Assembly (NCBI GenBank): GCA_041906505.1
Contig: JAYRJB010000001.1
Span: 10,585-74,584, forward strand
Origin: Candidatus Saccharimonadales bacterium
GTDB lineage: Bacteria; Patescibacteriota; Saccharimonadia; Saccharimonadales; 2-12-FULL-41-12
Direction: 5' to 3'
DNA: 64,000 bases
The notes below the pieces were generated by a model that saw only the letters and a program-made list of their open reading frames with translations, did no database searches and was not told the DNA's origin. Shown piece after piece: positions 17,406 to 26,904 of the stretch. The first letter of the stretch is position 1, and every line of letters begins with the position of its first letter. Made by a program: the position numbers and the translations under genes.

Positions 17406-19004
17406 TCATTTTCTTGAGATAAGTGTCGTCGCAGGAATGTGCCTAGACGCCACCAAGCCAAGGAGTCCGAGCGCAACAACCGCGAACAATGAAATTCGAA
17501 GTGCCTCAATTTGGGATTCGGTATAAATCTCTGTTACTTCTTGGGCCTCATCAGAAGAGAGTCCTTGTTTCACCGCAAAGTCCTCGACCTCAGAAACCGG
17601 CACAATCGACACACCTACATTGCTGTTTTGCTGAACATACGTCTTTATTTGATTGTTAAGCGAGCTTGTTTGCACATTGTCAACAAACGCAGTCGTGAGG
17701 CTCGCAATCATAACCGAACCAATAATGGCGGTGCCGAGAGATGCACCAAGATTCTGGGCAACACCTTGCAGACCACCAACCTCACTACTCTGCTTTTCAT
17801 CCACAGAAGACATATTGACATTCCCAAGTTGAGACGCGAGCAGCCCAAGGCCCGCCCCAAGTACGAACATGCCAACAAAAAACAGCCTACTCTTCAAGTC
17901 GACTGATACTGAGCCAAGTAGCGATAACGCGCCTACAATCAGACTGACTTGGCCACAGATAAAAATTCTCTTTGGACTCCACGCAGAGGTTAAGCGAGCA
18001 CCAATGACAGAGAAAAGTACTACTGCCACCGACAAAGGCAAGATTCTTATCCCCGTATCGAGCGCATCGAGTCCAAGGGTCATCTGTAAATACACCGGTA
18101 TTACAAAAAATATGCTCGCCGTTGTCATGAACTGTGACGCCAATGTGCTTAGACCGCTTGTGAGCTGAGGAATAGTGAGCATTGATGTTTTGAGCAACGG
18201 ATTTCGACCCAACCGCTCGAGCAGTATCTGTCTTCTGTAAAATACATAAAGAAGGGCCAGCCCAACTAAAATCAAATATGCAACGACTGATATTCCAAGC
18301 GGATCAATGTCATTTCCGTTAATCTGCGGAATTTGTCTAGGTGTTATGAATCCCCAAACCTTGCTTTGTAGAATTCCAAACACTAAAACAAACAAGCCCA
18401 GTGCCGACAATATCGCACTCGGCACATCAATTTTGGGGATACGCTTTGGCTTTCGTTCGGAGCGGATAATTCGACTTGAGAGTAAGATACAAACCATAAT
18501 CACTGTTTCGGCAGCAAATACATACCTCCAAGACAAATACGTGGTCACATAACCGCCTATAAGTGGCCCCGCGGCGGCGGCGGCACCAGATATACCACCG
18601 ATGATCGCATAGCCAACCACTCTATCCTTCCCCTTATAATGAGTTGCGATCAGTGCCGCGATTGCTGGGATAACAAGCACCGCTCCCAGACCTTCAACAA
18701 TTGACCACCCAACAAACAACGTTTGAATATTTGGGCTGAGTGCAGTCACAAGCGAGCCGACAGCGTAAATTGCCGACCCTAGCAAGAACGCCTTTTTGCG
18801 GCCAAAAACATCACCAAGTTTCCCGCCGAGAAGCATGAACGATGCCATGGTAAGCGTGTAAAACGTGATTGCACCTTGCATGGACGCAACGGTGGTATCA
18901 AGATCTTGGACTACGGTCGAAATAGAAACATTCATGACAGTGCTGTCAAGGACCATCACAAACTGGGCAACAGCAAGCAGGATCACTACCGACCATTTCT
19001 TCAT
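17406..19004 (-). CDS. MFS transporter, DHA2 (EmrB/QacA-like, 14-TM) family
   Basis: It contains AVAQFVMVLDSTVMNVS and LGGKLGDVFGRKK and has a 14-TM layout. The ORF is trimmed to Met18. Confidence 0.8.
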   Translation of the reverse strand: MKKWSVVILLAVAQFVMVLDSTVMNVSISTVVQDLDTTVASMQGAITFYTLTMASFMLLGGKLGDVFGRKKAFLLGSAIYAVGSLVTALSPNIQTLFVGWSIVEGLGAVLVIPAIAALIATHYKGKDRVVGYAIIGGISGAAAAAGPLIGGYVTTYLSWRYVFAAETVIMVCILLSSRIIRSERKPKRIPKIDVPSAILSALGLFVLVFGILQSKVWGFITPRQIPQINGNDIDPLGISVVAYLILVGLALLYVFYRRQILLERLGRNPLLKTSMLTIPQLTSGLSTLASQFMTTASIFFVIPVYLQMTLGLDALDTGIRILPLSVAVVLFSVIGARLTSAWSPKRIFICGQVSLIVGALSLLGSVSVDLKSRLFFVGMFVLGAGLGLLASQLGNVNMSSVDEKQSSEVGGLQGVAQNLGASLGTAIIGSVMIASLTTAFVDNVQTSSLNNQIKTYVQQNSNVGVSIVPVSEVEDFAVKQGLSSDEAQEVTEIYTESQIEALRISLFAVVALGLLGLVASRHIPATTLISRK

Positions 19005-19055
19005 GCGGTCACTATACCACATGCTGAATCTGAATTTGAGGTATGATATGGACAT

Positions 19056-19355
19056 ATGGATTCAAACAAAAAAAGCCCCGCTCAGTCGCTTACTGATAGG
19101 TTTTTCCGAGATAAAGACGGCAACGTTGTTTTGATGCAGCCACCTAATCTGCCGATTGTTGGTTGGTTCGTATTCAAAGTACTCGAAAAATTAGTGGACA
19201 GTGGACAACTCAACACGCTCGCATCACTACTGGCGTTTGGCTGTGCGTTTACGTGGGCGTGGCTGGAGTTATTTTCGGGGGTAAATTATTTCCGAAGATT
19301 ACTTGGCCTACTCGTCCTCATAGCAGCAGTAACACATAGGCTAAGCCTCTCATAA
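19056..19355 (+). CDS. small hypothetical membrane protein
   Basis: It has two or three hydrophobic segments, and its stop shares a nucleotide with the next gene's ATG (TAATG). Confidence 0.4.
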   Translation: MDSNKKSPAQSLTDRFFRDKDGNVVLMQPPNLPIVGWFVFKVLEKLVDSGQLNTLASLLAFGCAFTWAWLELFSGVNYFRRLLGLLVLIAAVTHRLSLS

Positions 19356-19738
19356 TGCAGCACTTGGAAGTATCAGACGAACAATTCGACCACATTATTT
19401 CTGAGGCGCTTGATAGATTACCCCAAAAATATATCAAGGGCTTAAATAACGTTGCGATTATCTACGAAGATGAACCAACAAAAGAACAGCGAGTTAAGCT
19501 AAAACTTAGGTGCAACGAAACGCTTCTTGGTCTATATGAGGGGATTCCACTCACTCGCCGCAATTCTGGATACAACCTAGTGCTACCGGACAAAATTACA
19601 CTTTTTAAGAACCCTCTTATTGCCAAGTCCGAATCGTTTGATGATTTTAAAGAACAAGTTCGGCACACGCTTTGGCACGAGATCGCCCATTTTTACGGAC
19701 TTGACCACGATCGAATTCACAAGCTTGAAGGCAAGTGA
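19355..19738 (+). CDS. metallopeptidase family protein (Zincin_1-like)
   Basis: It has an HEIAHFYGLDHD motif at the C-terminus. Confidence 0.6.
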   Translation: MQHLEVSDEQFDHIISEALDRLPQKYIKGLNNVAIIYEDEPTKEQRVKLKLRCNETLLGLYEGIPLTRRNSGYNLVLPDKITLFKNPLIAKSESFDDFKEQVRHTLWHEIAHFYGLDHDRIHKLEGK

Positions 19739-19754
19739 GCATCTTGCTAGAATT

Positions 19755-20378
19755 ATGCTAATGCCAAAAGGGAAAACAAACACAAAAAGTTGGTTTACTG
19801 GGAAAGCATTTGGGTATCTTCTGCTTATAGGTGGAGTTATCGGAACTTTTGCCTCATTTATGCTTACAGTCGACAAGTTTCGAGTACTCTCGGATCCGAA
19901 TTTTAAACCAGAGTGTAGCATCAACCCAATTATCGCCTGTGGGCCGGTAATGAACTCATCTCAAGGCGAAGCATTTGGTTTTCCAAACCCCTTTTTAGGA
20001 TTGATTGCCTTTGCCCTCGTAGCCAATCTTGGGGCGCTGGTACTCTCGGGAGTGCAGCCAAAAAGGTGGTACTGGCTGTCGTTTAATGCTGGCATGTTAT
20101 TCGCGCTATTGTTTGTTCATTGGCTGATTCACGCGACTCTATACGAAATTGGTGCGGTGTGCATTTACTGCTCAATCGTATGGGCAGTAACGATTCCAGT
20201 TTTCTGGTATACCACCCTCTATAATCTTAGGATGAACTACTTACCAACACCTAAATCGCTAGAAAAATTTGTTGGGTTTGTGCAGCGTCACCATTTTGAC
20301 ATTCTACTGCTATGGTTTCTCGTAATTATTGGCTTAGTGCTCAATCGATTTTGGTATTATTGGTCGACGCTGCTCTAA
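19755..20378 (+). CDS. vitamin K epoxide reductase (VKOR) family protein
   Basis: It has a loop cysteine pair (CSINPIIAC), the redox motif CIYC in a TM, and four or five TM segments. The ORF is trimmed to the ATG at 19755. Confidence 0.65.
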   Translation: MLMPKGKTNTKSWFTGKAFGYLLLIGGVIGTFASFMLTVDKFRVLSDPNFKPECSINPIIACGPVMNSSQGEAFGFPNPFLGLIAFALVANLGALVLSGVQPKRWYWLSFNAGMLFALLFVHWLIHATLYEIGAVCIYCSIVWAVTIPVFWYTTLYNLRMNYLPTPKSLEKFVGFVQRHHFDILLLWFLVIIGLVLNRFWYYWSTLL

Positions 20379-21558
20379 GCCGCTGGATCGCAATTTCGAA
20401 CGAAGCCTGCTTCATCGACGTTTTATTTTTAGCAGCGTAGGAAAGAATTTCTTGAGTTGCACGCGTTAGGGTTGTGTCTAGTTCGGAGCGCACACGGTTA
20501 ATGCTCCATTTCTTGCCGGTTTTGTTTTGAAGCCATTCGTAATAACTCACAATTACGCCGCCGGCATTCGCGAGAATATCAGGAATAACTGTGACGTTTC
20601 TTTTGGTTAGGGCCTCATGTGCAGCGTGATCAATTGGACCATTTGCCAATTCAAGAACGTATTTTGCACGAACATCAGAAACGTTTTTTTGTGTCACCGT
20701 ATCGGCCAGTGCCGCACACACCAAAATATCAACCTCTTCACGCAGAACTGCATTAACATCTTCCTCTAGGTCGGCCTGCAACGCCAACTCATCAATAACC
20801 TGTCTAGAGTAGTGGATTGATGAGAAGTCAAAGCCTTCTGTCGAGAGCACCGTTTTCTTGGAATTGGAAGCTGCCACCACGACCACGCCCAACTCTTCTT
20901 GCGCAATTTTTGAAAAGTAGTACCCAACATTTCCCAGACCTTGGATAGCAACAGTAGCTCCTTTTGGGTTCACGCCAGCGACCCTTAATACTTCACGAAG
21001 CACAACCACGCCGCCGCGGCCGGTTGCTTCTTCTCGCCCTTCGCTTCCACCGTTTTCAAGCGATTTTCCCGTAAAGCTCGCCTTGGTGGTGTCTCCCGTT
21101 GTCTTTTCGTACTCGTCAACCATCCAATCAATTATTTGAGCGTTCGTATTCACATCGGGTGCTGGTACATCTGTATTAGGCCCAAGATGCTGATGAAGTG
21201 CCCGCACATAGCCACGTGCAACTTTTTCAAGATGTGCTTGGTCATGAGCTTTGGCGTCGATCACAACACCACCCTTGCCACCTCCTAGCGGAATATCGAC
21301 CGCCGCGGTTTTAAAGCTCATTAGTGTTGCCAAAGCTTGCACTTCCTCGAGATCAACCTCATGATGAAAGCGAATACCCCCCTTGTAGGGGCCTCGAGTA
21401 TTGTCATGCTGGATTCGGTAGCCATCGTACTTCTGCCCCGCCGCCTCAATACTCACCTTATGAACGTGGTCTGGATCAAGCAAACCAGCCAGTTGTTTTT
21501 TGCTGAGGCCAAGATTATTGCTTGCCTGCGAAATCATTGCATGTGCTGACTTAAGCAT
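20341..21558 (-). CDS. gdh: Glu/Leu/Phe/Val dehydrogenase (glutamate dehydrogenase-like)
   Basis: It contains KGGIRFH, the PLGGGKGG motif and the NAD fold GLGNVG. Confidence 0.9.
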   Translation of the reverse strand: MLKSAHAMISQASNNLGLSKKQLAGLLDPDHVHKVSIEAAGQKYDGYRIQHDNTRGPYKGGIRFHHEVDLEEVQALATLMSFKTAAVDIPLGGGKGGVVIDAKAHDQAHLEKVARGYVRALHQHLGPNTDVPAPDVNTNAQIIDWMVDEYEKTTGDTTKASFTGKSLENGGSEGREEATGRGGVVVLREVLRVAGVNPKGATVAIQGLGNVGYYFSKIAQEELGVVVVAASNSKKTVLSTEGFDFSSIHYSRQVIDELALQADLEEDVNAVLREEVDILVCAALADTVTQKNVSDVRAKYVLELANGPIDHAAHEALTKRNVTVIPDILANAGGVIVSYYEWLQNKTGKKWSINRVRSELDTTLTRATQEILSYAAKNKTSMKQASFEIAIQRLRAASTNNTKID

Positions 21559-21561
21559 ATT

Positions 21562-22170
21562 CTAGGAAGTATGTGTCTCTAATTGAATTGCTACAAAATC
21601 CCAGTTGACCACGTGCCACCAATTTTCTATATAGTCTGGACGTCTATTTTGATATTTTAAGTAATAGGCGTGCTCCCATACATCCAATCCAAGCAGAGGA
21701 TTGATTCCGCCCATTATCGGCGAATCCTGGTTTGGTGTACTCGTAATTTCAAGTTTGCCATTTTGCCAAACTAACCAAGCCCAACCACTACCAAATCTAC
21801 CGATGGCAACCTCGGCGAATTTTGTTTTGAAGTTAGCCAAGTCTCCAAAATCACGCTCAATTAACTCCGCAATTTTGCCTTGGGGGTCGGGTGCAGTATC
21901 TTGCCCCATCATTTGCCAAAAAAGTGAATGGTTATAGTGTCCACCCCCATTGTTCCTCACTGCAACTCGCACCGCTTCTGGCAACTCGTCAATATTTTGG
22001 AGAATTTCCTCAATCGGTTTTGCAGCCCACTCACTACCCGCTAATGCAGCGTTCAGTTTATCAACGTAAGCTTGGTGGTGCTTGCCGTGGTGAATCTCCA
22101 TAGTCCTCGAGTCTATATATGGCTCAAGTGCGTCATACCCATATGGTAAGTTTGGTAACGTAAATCCCAT
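21562..22170 (-). CDS. sodA: Fe/Mn superoxide dismutase
   Basis: It contains [23 protein letters not shown] and DVWEHAYYL. The ORF is trimmed to Met20. Confidence 0.9.
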   Translation of the reverse strand: MGFTLPNLPYGYDALEPYIDSRTMEIHHGKHHQAYVDKLNAALAGSEWAAKPIEEILQNIDELPEAVRVAVRNNGGGHYNHSLFWQMMGQDTAPDPQGKIAELIERDFGDLANFKTKFAEVAIGRFGSGWAWLVWQNGKLEITSTPNQDSPIMGGINPLLGLDVWEHAYYLKYQNRRPDYIENWWHVVNWDFVAIQLETHTS

Positions 22171-22195
22171 GTGTCGCCTTTCGTTATACTCCTTA

Positions 22196-22852
22196 TTATA
22201 GCGTCTTCTTTGTTGTTGAATTGTCACGACGCCATTCTTCGATCTTGGCGTGGTTTCCTTCCAGGAGCACCCGCGGAACCTTCATCCCGCGAAATTCCTC
22301 GGGTCGAGTATAGTGTGGGTGTTCTATGGTATGACCGTCTGAAAAGCTTTCTTGTGCCGCGCTGGTTTCGCCACCAAGCACACCAGGCAGCAAACGAACA
22401 ACTGAATCAACCAACACCATTGCAGGAAGCTCGCCCCCCGTGACGATGTAATCACCAATTGAGATGGTTTGATCAATGATTGACAACACCCTCTCGTCAA
22501 TCCCTTCATAGCGCCCACAAACAATGATCATCCCCTTTTTTTGATTTGCAATTTCTTGAGACAGGGCTTGCGTAAGTTGCCTACCTCCCGGCCCCATGTA
22601 GTAGGTAAGGGCTGTGGGGTCTTGCGTTTTCGCATGTTCAATAGCAGCAAAAAGGGGTTCGGGCTTTAACAGCATTCCATCCCCACCGCCGTAGAGAATA
22701 TCATCTACCTGCTTTCTTTCGCCAACTCCGAAATCGCGAAGGTTGATATAGCTGTAGTCAACAATACCTTTGAGTTTTGCCTTATATAGCATGCTCGCCT
22801 CAAGGGCGCTCGGAAACATGTCGGGAAAAAGCGTGATAATCTGAATTTTCAT
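22196..22852 (-). CDS. trmD: tRNA (guanine37-N1)-methyltransferase
   Basis: It contains [23 protein letters not shown] and [16 protein letters not shown]. Confidence 0.9.
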   Translation of the reverse strand: MKIQIITLFPDMFPSALEASMLYKAKLKGIVDYSYINLRDFGVGERKQVDDILYGGGDGMLLKPEPLFAAIEHAKTQDPTALTYYMGPGGRQLTQALSQEIANQKKGMIIVCGRYEGIDERVLSIIDQTISIGDYIVTGGELPAMVLVDSVVRLLPGVLGGETSAAQESFSDGHTIEHPHYTRPEEFRGMKVPRVLLEGNHAKIEEWRRDNSTTKKTL

Positions 22853-22871
22853 CTTTACTTACATTATATAG

Positions 22872-22896
22872 AAAAACCCCAAAGAAAGGGGTTTTT
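22872..22896 (-). terminator. hairpin terminator between the KH-protein gene and trmD
   Basis: The stem AAAAACCCC / GGGGTTTTT has a 7-nt loop. On the minus strand a T-run closes the stem, and TATAAT lies just before the trmD start. Confidence 0.5.
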
Positions 22897-22987
22897 CTAT
22901 CACATAAAGCTCCCATTCAACGCCTGTGAATGTCTCGCTGAGCTTTTTTTGTTTTTTTGTCCCTGCTTTTTCAGTGACTAGGACAGA

Positions 22988-23422
22988 TTATACATCAAGA
23001 TCATCAAGATCTTCTAGTTCTTTCCTCGTCTTCGCAACAACATCACTCTCTTTTTCCTCGACAAGTTCATCGACAACTTCGTCTTCGTCTTTTTTCTTGC
23101 TAACACCGGATTCTTCCCTCTTTGACCAAGACTCATCCCCTCGATCCTCTTGTTTGCGTTGCTCGGGGGCAACTCCGTTATCAACAATTTTCAAGTTGTA
23201 GCGGGCGTCGTTTTTTGTCCCTAAGGCTCTTAAGAGAGTTCGCACGCTTTGGGCGGTCGCACCGCGTTTGCCAATTACCCTACCCAAATCTTCTGGGTCA
23301 ACCGTCAACTCTAACAAAACACCCTTCTCATCAATTGTTCTTGTGATTTTAACCTCGTCCGGTTTGGTTACAAGAGATTTTATAACAAACTCAACAAATT
23401 GCTCGTCAATACTCACAGGCAC
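22988..23422 (-). CDS. KH domain RNA-binding protein (UPF0109/YlqC family) with acidic C-terminal tail
   Basis: It contains LGRVIGKRGATAQSVRTLL, and the last roughly 60 aa are rich in E, D and K. Confidence 0.75.
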   Translation of the reverse strand: MPVSIDEQFVEFVIKSLVTKPDEVKITRTIDEKGVLLELTVDPEDLGRVIGKRGATAQSVRTLLRALGTKNDARYNLKIVDNGVAPEQRKQEDRGDESWSKREESGVSKKKDEDEVVDELVEEKESDVVAKTRKELEDLDDLDV

Positions 23423-23515
23423 ACTCCTCGATTACTGTAATTAGATTAGCACTACTATTATATCAAAATCCGAACCCATCCCTGCACTTTTTCCGAAAGA
23501 TATGCAGATATTCTT

Positions 23516-24616
23516 TTAGGTTTTATGCCCAACTAGCTGCCGACGTTTTATGGTCGCGGCATATTCTTTTCTTAACCACTTGAGCCCATCGATTATGAAT
23601 TCTCTTTCGTCTTGAAACTCTTTTTTCGACATTTCAAAAAAATGCCTTTGGTCTCGTCGCTCTTTTAAGGTTTCAGCATGGCCATTAAGCCCTATTTCGG
23701 TTGCCAGCTCTATGCAGGTTTCGACCATTTGGTCCGTTTCATAGACTTCGTCCTCATCAAGAAGTGACGGCTCTTTTTCGACCGCATATTGTCGAACGGC
23801 ATCCAAGAAGCCAGTCCCTTCTTCGGATACACGCATGTTGGTAGTCTGACCATCATGATTTTTTTTGACTTCGACGTAGCGTTTCTCATACACGAGGGCG
23901 GTGAGCTTTCGTCCAAACACGTCGGGCTCCATTTCAAGCTCTGTGGCAACGTCGTGGGAGCAGGGTATGTCATTTGTTTCAAAGTACAACCAATTGCCAG
24001 GGTTGCCCTTTCTGAGCGCTTGATCAGAAATATGCTCAAGTATCTTGATCGTCGTGGGCGCGTTTAGATATGATTTGTTAATTTTTTGCTCTGACTCATC
24101 TTCTTCGCTATAACTCTTGACAGCTTCATACACCGTCTCTACTAATGAGGAGCCGCTAGCGGTGAGGCTCAGTTCACTCTCGTCATCACTGTGCGCTATA
24201 TAAACTACGGCATTTTTGGCTTCAAGGCGTTGACTGGCGCGCGTGTAGGTATCTGGGTCAGACTTTCTACCGAACAGATCTCGAACTACAAGATGCGGCT
24301 TAGGTGCCAAAATAACACCTTGATTTTGATCCAAAGCGACCAAAATTTCTTTTTGGCAAATTCCGAGCTTAGTTTTTTTATGATCAATATGTTCTGGAAG
24401 TGTCACATTAATTGACGCTAAAACTCGGGAGCTAAACTCCTTCAACAAACCTGGGTCGGGGTTAGTTTGGCCATTTACACCAAAGCCTTCACCTAACTGT
24501 TCGAGCCAAAGTTGGCCACTAACAGCTTCACCGTGATCAGCAGTAACGCCTCGGAAATGGCTGTCGAGTTCTTGATTCCCACCGCCAGTTAGTTGTTGAC
24601 TCTCTGGACTTTTCAT
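23516..24616 (-). CDS. acidic hypothetical protein, possibly two winged-helix-like segments
   Basis: The ORF is trimmed to Met50, which has an AGAGGA RBS. No recognisable catalytic motif is present. Confidence 0.45.
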   Translation of the reverse strand: MKSPESQQLTGGGNQELDSHFRGVTADHGEAVSGQLWLEQLGEGFGVNGQTNPDPGLLKEFSSRVLASINVTLPEHIDHKKTKLGICQKEILVALDQNQGVILAPKPHLVVRDLFGRKSDPDTYTRASQRLEAKNAVVYIAHSDDESELSLTASGSSLVETVYEAVKSYSEEDESEQKINKSYLNAPTTIKILEHISDQALRKGNPGNWLYFETNDIPCSHDVATELEMEPDVFGRKLTALVYEKRYVEVKKNHDGQTTNMRVSEEGTGFLDAVRQYAVEKEPSLLDEDEVYETDQMVETCIELATEIGLNGHAETLKERRDQRHFFEMSKKEFQDEREFIIDGLKWLRKEYAATIKRRQLVGHKT

Positions 24617-24717
24617 ACGCAGTATTTCCTCTATTATAAAAGGTTCGGTTATATTACACAAACTTGAAATATCTTTCGTGTTATAGTGAAAGCTTAAGCA
24701 CACGAGAGGAAATAAGC

Positions 24718-24978
24718 ATGCCAAATTCAAAAGATCAATCTGACCAAGAACACCAACACGCACATATTCAATTCAACATTGACGTTCAGAAAACCCCTAC
24801 TCTCTACGCGGATTCATACCTTATAGTCTCGAACGAAAACGCAGTTACCCTCAATTTTGCTCAAGCCATGCCCGACCCAAAGCAACAAAACATTGTCTCT
24901 CGAATTGCAATGAGCCGAGTCCAAGCAAAGGAGTTTGTGAAAACGCTCGAAGACCATATCGCAAAATACGAAGTGTAG
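24718..24978 (+). CDS. DUF3467 family protein
   Basis: LYADSYLIVSNENAVTLNFAQAMP...VSRIAMSRVQAKEFVKTLEDHIAKYE matches the DUF3467 pattern. The ORF is trimmed to Met19, which has a GAGAGGA RBS. Confidence 0.6.
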   Translation: MPNSKDQSDQEHQHAHIQFNIDVQKTPTLYADSYLIVSNENAVTLNFAQAMPDPKQQNIVSRIAMSRVQAKEFVKTLEDHIAKYEV

Positions 24979-25003
24979 ACTCGCTTCGCTCTCACACATA
25001 ATT

Positions 25004-25028
25004 AAAGCCGCCCCAAGAGGGCGGCTTT
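25004..25028. terminator. bidirectional hairpin terminator between convergent genes
   Basis: The stem AAAGCCGCCC / GGGCGGCTTT has a 5-nt loop. Confidence 0.6.
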
Positions 25029-25052
25029 AATGACTCGGTTTTTTAGTGTTTC

Positions 25053-25586
25053 TTAGGCTTTTTTGAGTTCTTTTCGAACAGTGTTGGCCTCGATGGCAGC
25101 TATCACAAGTGCAATACCTCCCGCAATGGTACTAAGACCGATTAGCCACACAAGTGCAATCGCACCTTCCTTGGGGTTCGCAAAAATATAGAACCCAAAG
25201 ATCGTATAAACTACCCCCGCAAATATTTGGAGCCAGTTATTTTTTCCTTCAAAGCCAGCAACCACTTGAAGCATACCGACAGCAACTGCCCAAATGGCAA
25301 TTACCGTGAGCGCCACGAGCGCACTGATTTGCGGATTAGAAAAAACATAAAGCCCTGCCACCGCGCTGATTACACCGACGAGTGCTGTCCCAGCCCAGCT
25401 GCCTTCACGGTTTGCAAATGCCCCAACCAACATAACCACACCAGCGGCAAGCAAATAAACCCCTAGCACTACCAAAAATGCTTTTAGGGTGATGCCTGGC
25501 CACGCTAAAATAAGCGCACCAAAAATTACCGACAGCGCCCCCCATAGGCCCAGTGCCCACGAAGCTGCCTTTAGTTCACTTTGCAT
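25053..25586 (-). CDS. HdeD/DUF308 family membrane protein
   Basis: It has a repeated-TM pattern with GALSVIFGALILAWPG. Confidence 0.65.
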   Translation of the reverse strand: MQSELKAASWALGLWGALSVIFGALILAWPGITLKAFLVVLGVYLLAAGVVMLVGAFANREGSWAGTALVGVISAVAGLYVFSNPQISALVALTVIAIWAVAVGMLQVVAGFEGKNNWLQIFAGVVYTIFGFYIFANPKEGAIALVWLIGLSTIAGGIALVIAAIEANTVRKELKKA

Positions 25587-25673
25587 TGTATCTCCTCCCT
25601 TAGCTTTGTAACTGCACTATACCACTACGACTAACAGATACAAACCATAAGCATTTTCGATTTCTTTAGAGAC

Positions 25674-25844
25674 TTATTTTTCTACCCGCACGTCTTTAAA
25701 TGGTGCTCTGTCAGATTTTACGTTTATAAACTTGCCTGTCTTGGTATCTCTCTCAACGTAGCGCTTAGTTTTCGGATTGAACGTTTGTGATCGGCCTGTT
25801 ATGCGCCCTATTCTGCCGTGTCCCTTTGGTCCATTCTTTGCCAT
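25674..25844 (-). CDS. small basic protein (56 aa), absent from the ORF track
   Basis: My own translation is MAKNGPKGHGRIGRITGRSQTFNPKTKRYVERDTKTGKFINVKSDRAPFKDVRVEK. A GGGGGAG RBS lies 3 nt upstream of the ATG. Confidence 0.5.
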   Translation of the reverse strand: MAKNGPKGHGRIGRITGRSQTFNPKTKRYVERDTKTGKFINVKSDRAPFKDVRVEK

Positions 25845-25968
25845 GACTCCCCCAATTGCTTATCTTTTGATGCACGCACATAATTAGCTGTGCGCTCATC
25901 ACTATTTTATCAATTTCTCAATATTTTCTTTTAGAAATCTTTTCGTTTTTTCGTGATAGTCTTTATCT

Positions 25969-26904
25969 ATGGAATCAAAGTCTTGGCACAACCCCGTTTT
26001 CAAAAAACTTGCAGCTTCTGAGCTTGGTGGAAGTAGTGGGCATACTTCTGGGATTGTGCCAACAAAAAGTACCCAGAGCTATTTTGGAACACCCAAAAAG
26101 CAAGAAACGCACAAAATACACGAACTCGTAATTGAGTTTTGGCACGATGATGCCAGCAAAGTAATTACAACAAACGTGAACTATTTCCTTGCACCACCAC
26201 ACCACGACCACATTCACATTACCGGCAATATTCTTCCCGCCTACAAGGAGGCTGGGGCCAAAGTTGGGGATATATTGGTTTTTTGGAAATCACGAAATGA
26301 CGAAACTGACTTTAAGGCGGAGCTTATTGCGAAGAACTCTGAGCGCTGGATCGAAGCGGAGAAACACGGCAGCAATCTTTCCCTCCCAGGTGGCGCGCTT
26401 CAACTAAGCCCTCCCGGGTTATTAAGCTCAAAAGACTTTGAGGTCCTCGAGGATACGAGCGATTATGCAATTGTCTCTGCTATCGAAGATACATTTACTG
26501 ATAATAATTTTCCGACAGTCCCGCGCGAAGGAAGAAAAAAACAAGGCGAGAGATACATCACCTATCGTAGCAAACGAAAAGGAGATTATGCGCTAAAAAA
26601 ACAGAGTTATGTGTGTCAAATTGATTCGAGTCATAAAACTTTCATAACCCCAGTTGGTGTTCCCTACATGGAAAAGCATCACCTTATCTCAATGAAGTTT
26701 TACGAGGAATACACCAACGACCTGGATGATATACATAATATCGTTAGCCTGTGTCCGACCTGTCACAGAAAAATTCACTACGGAAAAAAGTCTGAAGTCA
26801 GCCACATGCTTGAATTATTGCTAAAAAAACAGGGTCAAATACTTGAAGGTGCGGGCTTCTCCATCAACTTGACGGAGTTAAAGAAAAAATATGGAGTGGT
26901 TTAA
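25969..26904 (+). CDS. HNH restriction endonuclease with possible B3-like (EcoRII-N/BfiI-C type) N-terminal DNA-binding domain
   Basis: The C-terminal HNH reads EKHHLISMKF...IHNIVSLCPTCHRKIHYG. The N-terminal VFKKLAASELGGSSGHTSGIVPTKSTQSYFG resembles the B3 pseudobarrel opening motif. Its stop overlaps the stop of the convergent methylase gene (TTAA). Confidence 0.75.
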   Translation: MESKSWHNPVFKKLAASELGGSSGHTSGIVPTKSTQSYFGTPKKQETHKIHELVIEFWHDDASKVITTNVNYFLAPPHHDHIHITGNILPAYKEAGAKVGDILVFWKSRNDETDFKAELIAKNSERWIEAEKHGSNLSLPGGALQLSPPGLLSSKDFEVLEDTSDYAIVSAIEDTFTDNNFPTVPREGRKKQGERYITYRSKRKGDYALKKQSYVCQIDSSHKTFITPVGVPYMEKHHLISMKFYEEYTNDLDDIHNIVSLCPTCHRKIHYGKKSEVSHMLELLLKKQGQILEGAGFSINLTELKKKYGVV

